A program made the translations under genes and the position numbers. DNA of 64,000 bases from an uncultured Caldisericota bacterium (GTDB lineage Bacteria > Caldisericota > Caldisericia > UBA6126). A model generated the notes under the pieces. That model did no database searches. It saw nothing but the letters and a program-made list of their open reading frames with translations, and was not told the origin of the DNA. Of the stretch, positions 26,941-36,079 are shown piece after piece (positions within the stretch are counted from its first letter, which is position 1; each line of letters opens with the position of its first letter). The stretch spans positions 135,410 to 199,409 of the forward strand of contig CAZBOU010000002.1 in the NCBI GenBank assembly GCA_964493625.1, in the 5' to 3' direction.

Positions 26941-29010
26941 CTATTGAGATGGTTGGGAATAAAGAGTAGATAGATCGGGGTTTTCTTCAATCCGAAAAAT
27001 AATATATTTACCTTGTTTTTGGATAAAATAAAAGGCTACATTCTCTTTGTCTTTAATTCGAAATGTTATCACATCTTCTCCTTTGGAATTCAGGACCCAT
27101 TTAGGACAGGAATAAAATCCCGTGTTACCAGCAATCTCTAGATCGTGGGTCTGCTTTATTATTGCGGGATCCGTTACTAGTTCTTCAGCTTTTTCAATGG
27201 TGCCATTATACAAGTAATACAGATAGTCAACAAGAGTTTGGTAGGGGGATTGAACAATGCTTGAGCTCATCAGGTTGTAAGTTCCATTTTCCAAGATCCA
27301 GATTTCCTGATAATAGCGGCGATAGGTCGATGAGTTGCATTCCCCAAAAAGATATCCTTTTCCTGTTGCATCTAGCATTATTTGTCCTTTTGCGGTAACC
27401 ATTTCAAAATTGGGTTCGTTAACATGTATGGAACCATTTGGATAAAAGGGGGAACTAAACTCTATCTTCCAAGATCCATTTCGTAGAACAAGATATTGAT
27501 ACGACTTTAAGAATAAATCTTTGGAAGGTTCTTCTACAAGAATAAGACCCAATTTGTCTTTATTTGTATAAAACCTGTCAGGCTTCGAATCAGCAGTTTG
27601 TTGGTGAGAAAAGGAGTGGATAAAGAAAAAAGGAGTCATGTGGATGATTCTATTTTCTGCCCAGGCGATAACCGTTCCCATTTCTTGTATTTGAAACATA
27701 ACCATCCCTTCATATGTTTCAGACAAGAAAGAGGGAAGGGTGGGGTTTGATATGATAAGAGGGGGAGTTTGTGACAATCCCCACTCTTGGAACGTTTTCC
27801 ATTGTATGAGCAAATGAGAAAAATCTTTGTTTTTGTAGTATTCTTGAATCATATGGTAGGGTTCTATGTGATTTGCTTTTGGTGCTGTATTGATTTGAGG
27901 ATTCAGTTCAATAGGCTGATCGTTTGCCTTGTATTCATCGGAGGATATTGTGGGCATCAATTCCCAAACACTTTTTGATGCAGCATATTTTTTTTGATAC
28001 AAAAGGGCATCTTGTAGGGCAATGTATGCTTTTTTCTTTAACAGCTTCATAGAGAAAGGTTCTTCAGGGATGTCAGGAATCCAGTTTTGAAGAACAAGTT
28101 GTGCTTCTTCATATCGATGTAATTGTAGTAAGCATTTACATTGTAATAAGGTTAAAAGGTGTTTTTGTTCCACTGTCAAAGAACCCGTTGAGGATTGTAA
28201 TAGTCTTTTGATCTTTTGAAGGGCAGTATCGCTGTAGTTGGCATAGGTTTCATACGCAATGAGTTGAATCGCAAGAGAAAGGTTTGAGCTATTGGATCGT
28301 ACTTTTTCTTGATATTCAGAGACAATATCGGGGAAGAAGAAGGGATAAGAATCTTCCGCATAAACAAAACTAAAATTGTATTCCCAGCTGTTCAGGCGAA
28401 ACAACTCAATGCTTTCTTTGCCAGCCTTGTCGAATGTCCACCTGGCAATCTCTGGCTTATCATCGTTCCCATAGCTACCAGGGTAGTTTTCTATATGCAA
28501 TTTATGGTAGGAAATTGTATTAATGCGGTTAAGCGTCCATTCTTTTCCTATGGTATCAATAAGGTAAATATATAGAATTTTTTTTTGATTTGAAAGTTGA
28601 ATCCCAACATATACAAACTGTTTGTGTAAGTAAACCCAATCGAGCTCTTCACCCTGAATCAAACTCCACCCCTTTTTTTTCCAGTCTTCTCCTTCCTGAG
28701 AATAAAGATTGAGCTGAATATGACTTGGGTAATCAGGGTGGTCAAGAAAAATGACACCCTCTGTGCCAGGGTTTCCATCAAATTCAGTATTGACAAAGTA
28801 TGATCCGGGGATGCTTTTTGGAATAAAAACCCGGGCATCCTTTGGAATCTGAGATGCAAAAGGAACCGTAATCTGAGAGACCCTAGCAGTAACCGATGAG
28901 ATAGGCAAGGAGTTTTCATTGCTCTCAGTATTCGATTTTTGGCAAGAATGAAGTGAGAGAAATGATGAAAACAAAAAGAAGCAAAGTAAAAAGGAAACGA
29001 AGGTTTTCAT
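26941..29010 (-). CDS. Putative lipoprotein / exported protein, unknown function
   Basis: 689 aa; MKTFVSFLLCFFLFSSFLSLHSC signal with Cys; helical TPR-like middle part; no catalytic motif recognised. Confidence 0.5.
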   Translation of the reverse strand: MKTFVSFLLCFFLFSSFLSLHSCQKSNTESNENSLPISSVTARVSQITVPFASQIPKDARVFIPKSIPGSYFVNTEFDGNPGTEGVIFLDHPDYPSHIQLNLYSQEGEDWKKKGWSLIQGEELDWVYLHKQFVYVGIQLSNQKKILYIYLIDTIGKEWTLNRINTISYHKLHIENYPGSYGNDDKPEIARWTFDKAGKESIELFRLNSWEYNFSFVYAEDSYPFFFPDIVSEYQEKVRSNSSNLSLAIQLIAYETYANYSDTALQKIKRLLQSSTGSLTVEQKHLLTLLQCKCLLQLHRYEEAQLVLQNWIPDIPEEPFSMKLLKKKAYIALQDALLYQKKYAASKSVWELMPTISSDEYKANDQPIELNPQINTAPKANHIEPYHMIQEYYKNKDFSHLLIQWKTFQEWGLSQTPPLIISNPTLPSFLSETYEGMVMFQIQEMGTVIAWAENRIIHMTPFFFIHSFSHQQTADSKPDRFYTNKDKLGLILVEEPSKDLFLKSYQYLVLRNGSWKIEFSSPFYPNGSIHVNEPNFEMVTAKGQIMLDATGKGYLFGECNSSTYRRYYQEIWILENGTYNLMSSSIVQSPYQTLVDYLYYLYNGTIEKAEELVTDPAIIKQTHDLEIAGNTGFYSCPKWVLNSKGEDVITFRIKDKENVAFYFIQKQGKYIIFRIEENPDLSTLYSQPSQ

Positions 29011-29042
29011 GATACTATTGTAGCACGATTGATCGTTTTGTT

Positions 29043-30101
29043 TTAGTCTGTAAGAATTTTTTTCATTTGTTGGACAAACTCTTCAACATCTTTTTTTGTT
29101 GTATCAAAAGATGTCATCCATCGATATTCCGAGTTGGTTAGATCCCAGGAGTAAAAAAAGGAAGCTTGTTGCATGAGAAGGGCTTTGGTTTCTGGAAGGC
29201 GTACAAAAACAGCATTGGATTCGACAGGTTTTGTAACCACCAATAAAGGGAGGTGTAGTTGGATGCATTGTTCTAGGTATTTTGCCATTTGATTGGCCTG
29301 TGTTGCGTTTTGAATCCATAAGTCTTGCTCAAAATAAGCTAAAAACTGTGCAGATATAAACCGCATTTTGGAGGCTAATTGAGCATTTTGTTTGCGGACA
29401 AACAATGCATCCTGTGCTAGCTTTTGGGATGCAAAAACCAAAGCTTCGCCATATGCCAATCCATTTTTTGTACCCCCAAAGGAAAGCATATCTACTCCAC
29501 AATCAATGGTAATGGCTTTAAGGGAAAGTTGCAATGTGGCCGCCGCATTGGCTATTCTTGCTCCATCTACATGTACATACATGTCATTTTGATGAGCAAA
29601 ATCACAAATGGCTTTTACTTCTTGTGGAGTATATACGGTGCCTAGCTCCGTTGCTTGTGTGATGGAAATAATTTTTGGCTGGGAATGATGCTCAATCCCT
29701 TTGCATTCTAAGAATCCATGCAACTGCTTTGGGGATAGCTTACCCAACGTATTGGAAACTTGTTTTATGGAACATCCTGTAATCTTTTCAGGACTTCCAC
29801 ATTCATCACATACAATGTGGGCTGTGTCGGTGGTGAGAATGGAATGATATGATTTTGTACCGCAAGCTAGTCCTGTAATATTGGCTCCAGTTCCATTATA
29901 TACGAAGAATGTTCTTGTGTTTTCTCCAAAAATTTGCTGGAATACCCGTAATGCTTCTTGGGTATAGGGGTCGTCGCCGTAAGCTACAAACTGCCCATGA
30001 TTGGCTTTGTGTATAGCCTCCAATATGGTAGGGTGAATTCCTGCATTGTTGTCACTTGCAAAACTTTTATTGTTTGAATAGTGTGGCCACTGTATCTTCA
30101 T
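29043..30101 (-). CDS. ltaE: Low-specificity L-threonine aldolase family (PLP-dependent)
   Basis: FASDNNAGIHPTILEAI...YGDDPYT...YNGTGANI...SFGGTKNG (PLP-Lys context). Start overlaps the upstream gene end by 35 nt. Confidence 0.8.
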   Translation of the reverse strand: MKIQWPHYSNNKSFASDNNAGIHPTILEAIHKANHGQFVAYGDDPYTQEALRVFQQIFGENTRTFFVYNGTGANITGLACGTKSYHSILTTDTAHIVCDECGSPEKITGCSIKQVSNTLGKLSPKQLHGFLECKGIEHHSQPKIISITQATELGTVYTPQEVKAICDFAHQNDMYVHVDGARIANAAATLQLSLKAITIDCGVDMLSFGGTKNGLAYGEALVFASQKLAQDALFVRKQNAQLASKMRFISAQFLAYFEQDLWIQNATQANQMAKYLEQCIQLHLPLLVVTKPVESNAVFVRLPETKALLMQQASFFYSWDLTNSEYRWMTSFDTTKKDVEEFVQQMKKILTD

Positions 30102-33100
30102 TTTTATCTCCTGCTGGGTGATGTTCTAGACCGAAATGATGTATTTCGTAAAAAGTAGGGAATACATCTTCCAACTCTTTGGCAGCTATTTGAAAAGAAT
30201 TTAAAACCGAGGTATGGCATGTAAAGTAGAAGATTTGATGCTTCTTTGACATTTCTAGCAACAACTTTGCTGCTTTTTTTTGTCTGGCTGCATCAAAACG
30301 AACAAAAATATCATCAAGAAACAACGGAAGCGTTTCACCATGTTCGGAGAGCTCATTGATGAGTCCAATTCGGATGGCTAAATACACTTGATCAGCCAGA
30401 CCATCACTCCATTCTTTCTCTGTTTTTCTTGTGTCAGTTGTATCATACAAGACAAAGCTTTCCTGGCTATTTTCAGAATCACTCGTTTTCATGAGGTGAT
30501 ATCGCTGATCCGTTATTTCATAGATCCATTCACTGGCATATCGAATGACACCGGGTTGTTGTTTTTCTTCAAAGACAGATTTTGTTTTTTGAATCAAACT
30601 ATAGGCTACTATGTAGGTAAGCCATTCTTCTGCTTTTTCCTGTAGATTGTTCTCAAGAGATTCTTTCTTTTGTTGAAGATATTCCATTTCGTTGTTTGCA
30701 TACAGGTCTTCTTTCCTTTGTTGCAGTTTACCACGTTTTTCAACTGCTTCATTGATCTGTTTTTCCAGCGTTTTAATGGTGCTTTGACAATGTAGCAAAC
30801 GATCTTCGTTTTCTTGAAAGTCTATTTTTGAGAGAGTTTCAAGAGTATCGTTCCATCTTTCATCATTGCCCACTTTCCCATACATTCTATGGAAAAGCAA
30901 TTCTTGTTCTTCCTTGGTCTTTTGGAAGGATTGATACTCTGTAGTCTGCTGTTCAAATTCATCCATATTACTAACTTGATAGGATTGTAGCAAGGAATTG
31001 TATTGCTTGACTTTGCTATCCAATCGTTCTTGAATATCCACTTCGCTACGCTGTAATTGTGCAATATGGATATCCAATTCTTTTTTATTATGCGCTGCCT
31101 CTTCAGCATCGGAGAGTCTTTTTTGTAGATTTGTAATAAATTCTGCCGAAAGAGTTTCTTTTGTGATTGTTTCTTCTAGATGATGTAGTATTTTTATAAG
31201 CTGATTTTGGACATTGCGAATGGTTGTTTTGACTAAAACTTGTCTATCAGAATATTGAATCAATGAATTTAACTGTGCTTGAGCATCTTTGATGAGAGAG
31301 AAGAGAATATCTGCATCATGGATGTCAATTTGGTTGGAAAGTTGGTGTTCGCGTTTCCATGCTTCCCATTTTTGGGATATATCTTGTAGATGTTGTTTTG
31401 CTTTAGCATATTGGTTGTCTATTGTATCCATTTTTGCTTTCAGCCTTGTAAGATCTGATTGCATATCAGCCATGTTTTCTTTCCACCTTGCAATAGCCTG
31501 CAAACTGTCTCGGTGATTCTGCAAAGTCTGCTCCCACATTGTCAGAAGTCTGGCAATATCAGAACTATCATAAGACTCTACTGGAATCTGATGTTTTTTG
31601 GAGTAGGCCCTTATGGTATTCTTAATGCCAATTCCTTCACTTTTTTCTGCTTTTTGTTTTTTAACTCCTAGTAGATAGAATAGGAACAGAATGCTCCCTA
31701 TGCCGACAATGTATCCGATGGTACGCACAAGCACAATGCTAGGCAGAAGAAAAATGCTAGATAGGCTTACCAATAGCAAAATAAACAGAACAAGGAGAAT
31801 AGACTTTGAGGGCAATCCATGAAGTCTGCTTTGAAGATTTGATTCCCACTCTTTTTGTTGCAAGTAAGAAAGCTGTTTCTGAAATTCTTTGTATTGCTCA
31901 TAATGGCCAACAAGAGAAGCATATTCTTTGCTTGACAAAAGCTTGGAGTTCTCCTCTTGAATTTGTTTACCAAGAGTCTGTACTTTGCGTTGCAAAACAG
32001 AAACATCTTCTTCATTTTTGCTCTTTGCATCTTCCATGCTTTTGACTTGCTGTAGAAGATTGTTGTAGTCTTTTTTCCAATGATGAATCTGTAGTTCTTC
32101 TTCGGCTGTTTGAGGGATATTCTCTTGTAGGATTTGTTTGTTCCATTGAGGGTCTATTCTTGTTAGTAGTTGATTGAGTAGGTTTTTTTGTTTCTTTTTT
32201 TCCAAACGTATTTGCGGGAAATCTTCGACTGCTTGTGCGTATTGTTTTTTTTGTTCGACAAGCTGGTGAATAGATGGTGCTGCTTCCAATATAGAGGTGG
32301 GTATTGTAATGCTTGCATATTGTTGTTGAAGAACAGATCGTTCTTGCTGGATCTTTTGTAAAGATTCTGTAAGGTTTTGTACATCCTTGTGATACTCTTT
32401 TGCTTTTTCTAGCCGGCTTTCTGAAAAGGCAACAGAATGAAACAAAGAAGGAAACTTTTCAAGCTCTTTTCTTTTGGCTTGATAAGATACCCAATCGCTC
32501 TTCATTTCATGCCAGAGAGATCTTTGGAGTTGCTCTTTTTGAAGGATTGTAGTTTCTTTCTGGAATTCTTGAATCTGATCATCTAGTGAATCTAATTCGT
32601 CATTCCATTGAAGGTATTCTGAGCTCATCTGTTCTCTGTCACGAATCTTCTTTTTTGTCTCTCGCAATTCTTTGTGAAGCTTGTTCAATATTTGCGTCCT
32701 ACCACTAGGGGTTAAAATTTCCTTGTAGTTTTTTTGCAGTTGATTGAGTGCAAACGATAAGGATCGCACGCCAAAGCTTGCAGATAGAAAACGATTTTGC
32801 ATCTCTTCTTTATTCATCAAGGACAATCCGTTCCAGTCTTTAACATCCATGCAAAAAACTTGACGGAAGGTTTCTTTGTCAATACCGTTCCATAAGGAAT
32901 GGTCGATCTCTTGATTTGACAATGTTTGATCGGGATACAGGACGGATACTTTTTGGTCTAGTCTTTGTATTTTGTATATTTTGTCGGCAGAAGTGGCGAT
33001 TTGTATCGTACCCGAAGGCTTCCCACCGTTAAATGGAGGATATGTTACATCTGTTTTGGATGCTTTTTTGGGAAAACCAAACAGCATCTGTTGAAAAAAA

Positions 33101-33222
33101 TTTCGTAATGTTGTTTTCCCGCTTTCATTGTGACCGAAAAATAGTGAAAAACCTTCCGATAAGCTTATTCTTGTCTTTTCATATCCACCAAATTGATCAA
33201 TGTATACTGATTTAATCTTCAT
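30067..33222 (-). CDS. SMC/Rad50-like AAA ATPase, YhaN (SbcE)-like, with a central two-helix membrane hairpin
   Basis: Walker A FFGHNESGKTT; C-terminal Walker B/D-loop PLFLDDIFVRFD; long heptad-rich arms. Hydrophobic pair SILLVLFILLLVSLSSIFLLPSIVLV / TIGYIVGIGSILFLFYLLGV at about residues 465-520 of 1051. Confidence 0.75.
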   Translation of the reverse strand: MKIKSVYIDQFGGYEKTRISLSEGFSLFFGHNESGKTTLRNFFQQMLFGFPKKASKTDVTYPPFNGGKPSGTIQIATSADKIYKIQRLDQKVSVLYPDQTLSNQEIDHSLWNGIDKETFRQVFCMDVKDWNGLSLMNKEEMQNRFLSASFGVRSLSFALNQLQKNYKEILTPSGRTQILNKLHKELRETKKKIRDREQMSSEYLQWNDELDSLDDQIQEFQKETTILQKEQLQRSLWHEMKSDWVSYQAKRKELEKFPSLFHSVAFSESRLEKAKEYHKDVQNLTESLQKIQQERSVLQQQYASITIPTSILEAAPSIHQLVEQKKQYAQAVEDFPQIRLEKKKQKNLLNQLLTRIDPQWNKQILQENIPQTAEEELQIHHWKKDYNNLLQQVKSMEDAKSKNEEDVSVLQRKVQTLGKQIQEENSKLLSSKEYASLVGHYEQYKEFQKQLSYLQQKEWESNLQSRLHGLPSKSILLVLFILLLVSLSSIFLLPSIVLVRTIGYIVGIGSILFLFYLLGVKKQKAEKSEGIGIKNTIRAYSKKHQIPVESYDSSDIARLLTMWEQTLQNHRDSLQAIARWKENMADMQSDLTRLKAKMDTIDNQYAKAKQHLQDISQKWEAWKREHQLSNQIDIHDADILFSLIKDAQAQLNSLIQYSDRQVLVKTTIRNVQNQLIKILHHLEETITKETLSAEFITNLQKRLSDAEEAAHNKKELDIHIAQLQRSEVDIQERLDSKVKQYNSLLQSYQVSNMDEFEQQTTEYQSFQKTKEEQELLFHRMYGKVGNDERWNDTLETLSKIDFQENEDRLLHCQSTIKTLEKQINEAVEKRGKLQQRKEDLYANNEMEYLQQKKESLENNLQEKAEEWLTYIVAYSLIQKTKSVFEEKQQPGVIRYASEWIYEITDQRYHLMKTSDSENSQESFVLYDTTDTRKTEKEWSDGLADQVYLAIRIGLINELSEHGETLPLFLDDIFVRFDAARQKKAAKLLLEMSKKHQIFYFTCHTSVLNSFQIAAKELEDVFPTFYEIHHFGLEHHPAGDKNEDTVATLFKQ

Positions 33223-34474
33223 TTTGATCTTCCGATAACAATTCTAATCCTAGACTTTGTGCATTCGAAACAATGCGATTCCATGGAAGACGAAGTTCTT
33301 TGTCGGGGACCATTCGAAGAAGTTTTTCCAAAGGCATGTCTTCAATTAGCTTTTTGGCAATTTCTTCAGGATTTTCAGCCCGTAGAAGCTCTTCCGTTTT
33401 TTGTAAAAACAAACTACTAAAATCATTTCGTTTGCGAATGGCATCTATATCTAGATATGGTTTTGTTTTGATCCGAATAGATTCCAGATAACACCCTTCT
33501 TGTTCAGTGTTTTCTCGAATGGAATCCTCCATTTCCTGCAAGCGTTCCTGTAGATCTTTATGGAGAGGCGTATGGCCTTCCAATTCAAAACGGAAAATCC
33601 CTGGGGAATCTTGCGTCTTATCAATCATATCTTCCATCATTGATTCAATTAACTGATCGATGTGTTCATCATGAACTTCTCGAGTTATGTGGAACCAACG
33701 AAAAGAGCTGGTTTCAATGAAAGTGCATTCTGTTTCCCAGTCCTGGACCATTACTAGATAAAACCCCTTTTTCTGAGTATCGTTGATATGCAAACCCTGG
33801 GTGTTTCCTGGATACACTACTGCAGGATGATCGTCATGAAGCAACTTTCTTGTGTGAACGTGTCCAAGGGCCCAATATTGAATGGTAGGAATAAGAAGGT
33901 CTTGCAGAGAACAGGGTGCGTAGTTTTCTGTAGAAGGGTCTCCTCCTACATTGCAATGTAGGAGCCCAATGGTGTATGTGTTAGGATCGATCGTTTTCGA
34001 AAAATCTACCATTTCCTTGGCAATATTTTTTTGAATATCTCTTGTAGGGTAGCTATAGCCAATAACATTCACATAAGGAGTATCATTGTTATCACGATAC
34101 AAGCTTTTACATGACACAAAAGGAGGAAATTGAAAAACAGAATCGGGAAATTCTGTCTTCATCATCCAACTATCCAAAGGGTCATGGTTGCCATGCACAA
34201 ACAGACAGGGGATATGATGGTGGGATAACAACCGCATTTGTTTCAGAAAGAAGAGTTGTGCTCGAATACTCTTATTGGCAGCATTGTAAATATCGCCAGC
34301 AATAAGTACAAAATCAACTTTTTGTGATATAGCAGTTTGAACAACTTTTTCAAACGATTTAAAAGTGGATCCTTCTACAGCTTTCCAAATTTCTTCGTTC
34401 TCTACTTGGACGCCTTTAAAAGGGGCTTCTAGGTGAAGATCGCCACAGTGAATGAATCGGATATTTTTAGACAT
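33212..34474 (-). CDS. Mre11/SbcD-like metallophosphoesterase exonuclease, YhaO (SbcF)-like
   Basis: HCGDLHL, IAGDIYN, VHGNHDP, LGHVH motifs. Overlaps the ATPase gene start by 11 nt. Start moved to ATG 34474 (MSKNIRFIH). Confidence 0.75.
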   Translation of the reverse strand: MSKNIRFIHCGDLHLEAPFKGVQVENEEIWKAVEGSTFKSFEKVVQTAISQKVDFVLIAGDIYNAANKSIRAQLFFLKQMRLLSHHHIPCLFVHGNHDPLDSWMMKTEFPDSVFQFPPFVSCKSLYRDNNDTPYVNVIGYSYPTRDIQKNIAKEMVDFSKTIDPNTYTIGLLHCNVGGDPSTENYAPCSLQDLLIPTIQYWALGHVHTRKLLHDDHPAVVYPGNTQGLHINDTQKKGFYLVMVQDWETECTFIETSSFRWFHITREVHDEHIDQLIESMMEDMIDKTQDSPGIFRFELEGHTPLHKDLQERLQEMEDSIRENTEQEGCYLESIRIKTKPYLDIDAIRKRNDFSSLFLQKTEELLRAENPEEIAKKLIEDMPLEKLLRMVPDKELRLPWNRIVSNAQSLGLELLSEDQNED

Positions 34475-34574
34475 TCTTTTTCCATTCCTTATTTTTTTGT
34501 TGATTCGTGTTTGCATCCTTTCTAACATAAAAACATTATATAATAATAATATTCTATTTGAACTGAGGTGAAAA

Positions 34575-35093
34575 TTGAGTACACAAAAAACTTCAAAAAT
34601 GCGTTATCCTGTTCAATGGATGGTCCGATTGGCCATTTTGATAGCCATTACAATTGGATTTCAAATGTTGAAACTCCCCCAACCTATTACCGGTCCTGTC
34701 GTTAACCTTATGCTATTTATGGCTTGCATGCTTTTGGGGGTTTGGGGAGGCGTTTCTCTTGGCCTCATTACTCCCTTGATTGCAGTGGCCGTTGGCATCA
34801 TGGGAAGACCAGAGATGGTTCCTGTTATTATGATAGGAAATGCAGTACTAGTAGTTGTTTTTTCTTTGGTTAGAGGTCGAATCCCACAATTGTATAAAAC
34901 ACTACTTGGTGTTGTCTTTGGGTCTGCATTAAAATATGGAGTTTTTGCAGTATCGATTGCTTTCATTTTACAGCTTCCTCAACCTGTTGCTCAGATGTTT
35001 GGTGTTACACAATTGTTTACAGCTCTCAGCGGGGGAGTATTGGCAATGATTATGGAGAAGGCCTTAAAAAAGACTGAATTGCTTCAACATTAA
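34575..35093 (+). CDS. Small multi-pass membrane protein, possibly an ECF-transporter S-component-like substrate binder
   Basis: 172 aa, 5-6 TM, ITGPVVNLMLFMACMLLG. The family assignment is a weak impression only. Confidence 0.35.
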   Translation: MSTQKTSKMRYPVQWMVRLAILIAITIGFQMLKLPQPITGPVVNLMLFMACMLLGVWGGVSLGLITPLIAVAVGIMGRPEMVPVIMIGNAVLVVVFSLVRGRIPQLYKTLLGVVFGSALKYGVFAVSIAFILQLPQPVAQMFGVTQLFTALSGGVLAMIMEKALKKTELLQH

Positions 35094-35105
35094 ATCTTTA
35101 TCTTG

Positions 35106-36002
35106 ATGAAAGAAATAACTCCCCGGATTCGTTTTTTTGCGAACCTGATTGTTCTTTTTTCTGTTACAGCCTGGGGCTTGTCATTTGTTAGCATGAAGGC
35201 CATTTTGATAGCAGGGATTCCTCCCATGACAATGACCACAATTCGATACGGAATCGTTGCGTTTATTTTTTCAATAGTATTATTTTTTGGCAAAAAGAAA
35301 AAACATCTTTCCTGGATGGATCACCTTGTCCTTCTTTTTAGTGGAATGTCTGGAGTGGCTCTATATTTTTGGTTTGAAGCAAGGGGGATCATGTACACAA
35401 CAGCCTCCAATGCTTCTATCATCATAGCTCTTATTCCTATTGTTACTGCCATGACAACCAGTATCCTATACCGTATTCGTATACGTTTATGGCAAATACT
35501 ATCCACCGGAATCTCTTTTTTTGGAGCACTTCTAATTATTTCAGCCCAGAGCTCATCTCGTGCAGCTCCTGACCCTTTAAAGGGAAACTTGTTAATGATT
35601 GGTGCTGTTGGTTGTTGGGTTTTCTTTACTTTTTTAGCTTCTCATCTCCATTCTCGGATGGACACCCTGACTGCAACTGCATGGCAAAGTGTATACGGTT
35701 TTTTTCTACTACTGCCCCTAGCTATATTTGAGAAGGGGTATTTAGTGACCATTCCACGCTATCTTTGGATCCACTTCTTGTTTCTATCCATTGTTTGTTC
35801 CGTCTTGGCATTCTTGTTTTACAATTATGCCGTAAAGATTGTTGGAGTTACCATCGTGTCAACATATGTAAATTTTATTCCTGTAGCAGGCGTTCTAGGT
35901 GGGTTTTTGCTATTGCACGAAACAATGACACCCTTGCAGTGGATTGGATCAGTACTTATTATTCTGAGCTTATGGACCGTTAACTTTGGGAAAAAACAAT
36001 GA
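35106..36002 (+). CDS. DMT superfamily transporter (EamA family)
   Basis: About 298 aa, 10 TM, duplicated EamA-like halves. Confidence 0.8.
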   Translation: MKEITPRIRFFANLIVLFSVTAWGLSFVSMKAILIAGIPPMTMTTIRYGIVAFIFSIVLFFGKKKKHLSWMDHLVLLFSGMSGVALYFWFEARGIMYTTASNASIIIALIPIVTAMTTSILYRIRIRLWQILSTGISFFGALLIISAQSSSRAAPDPLKGNLLMIGAVGCWVFFTFLASHLHSRMDTLTATAWQSVYGFFLLLPLAIFEKGYLVTIPRYLWIHFLFLSIVCSVLAFLFYNYAVKIVGVTIVSTYVNFIPVAGVLGGFLLLHETMTPLQWIGSVLIILSLWTVNFGKKQ

Positions 36003-36079
36003 CTTTATCTCTTTTTTTGACACTTTTTTAACTACTAGTTTGGTATAATGTAAGGACACTAAAATATATGGAGGTTGGC

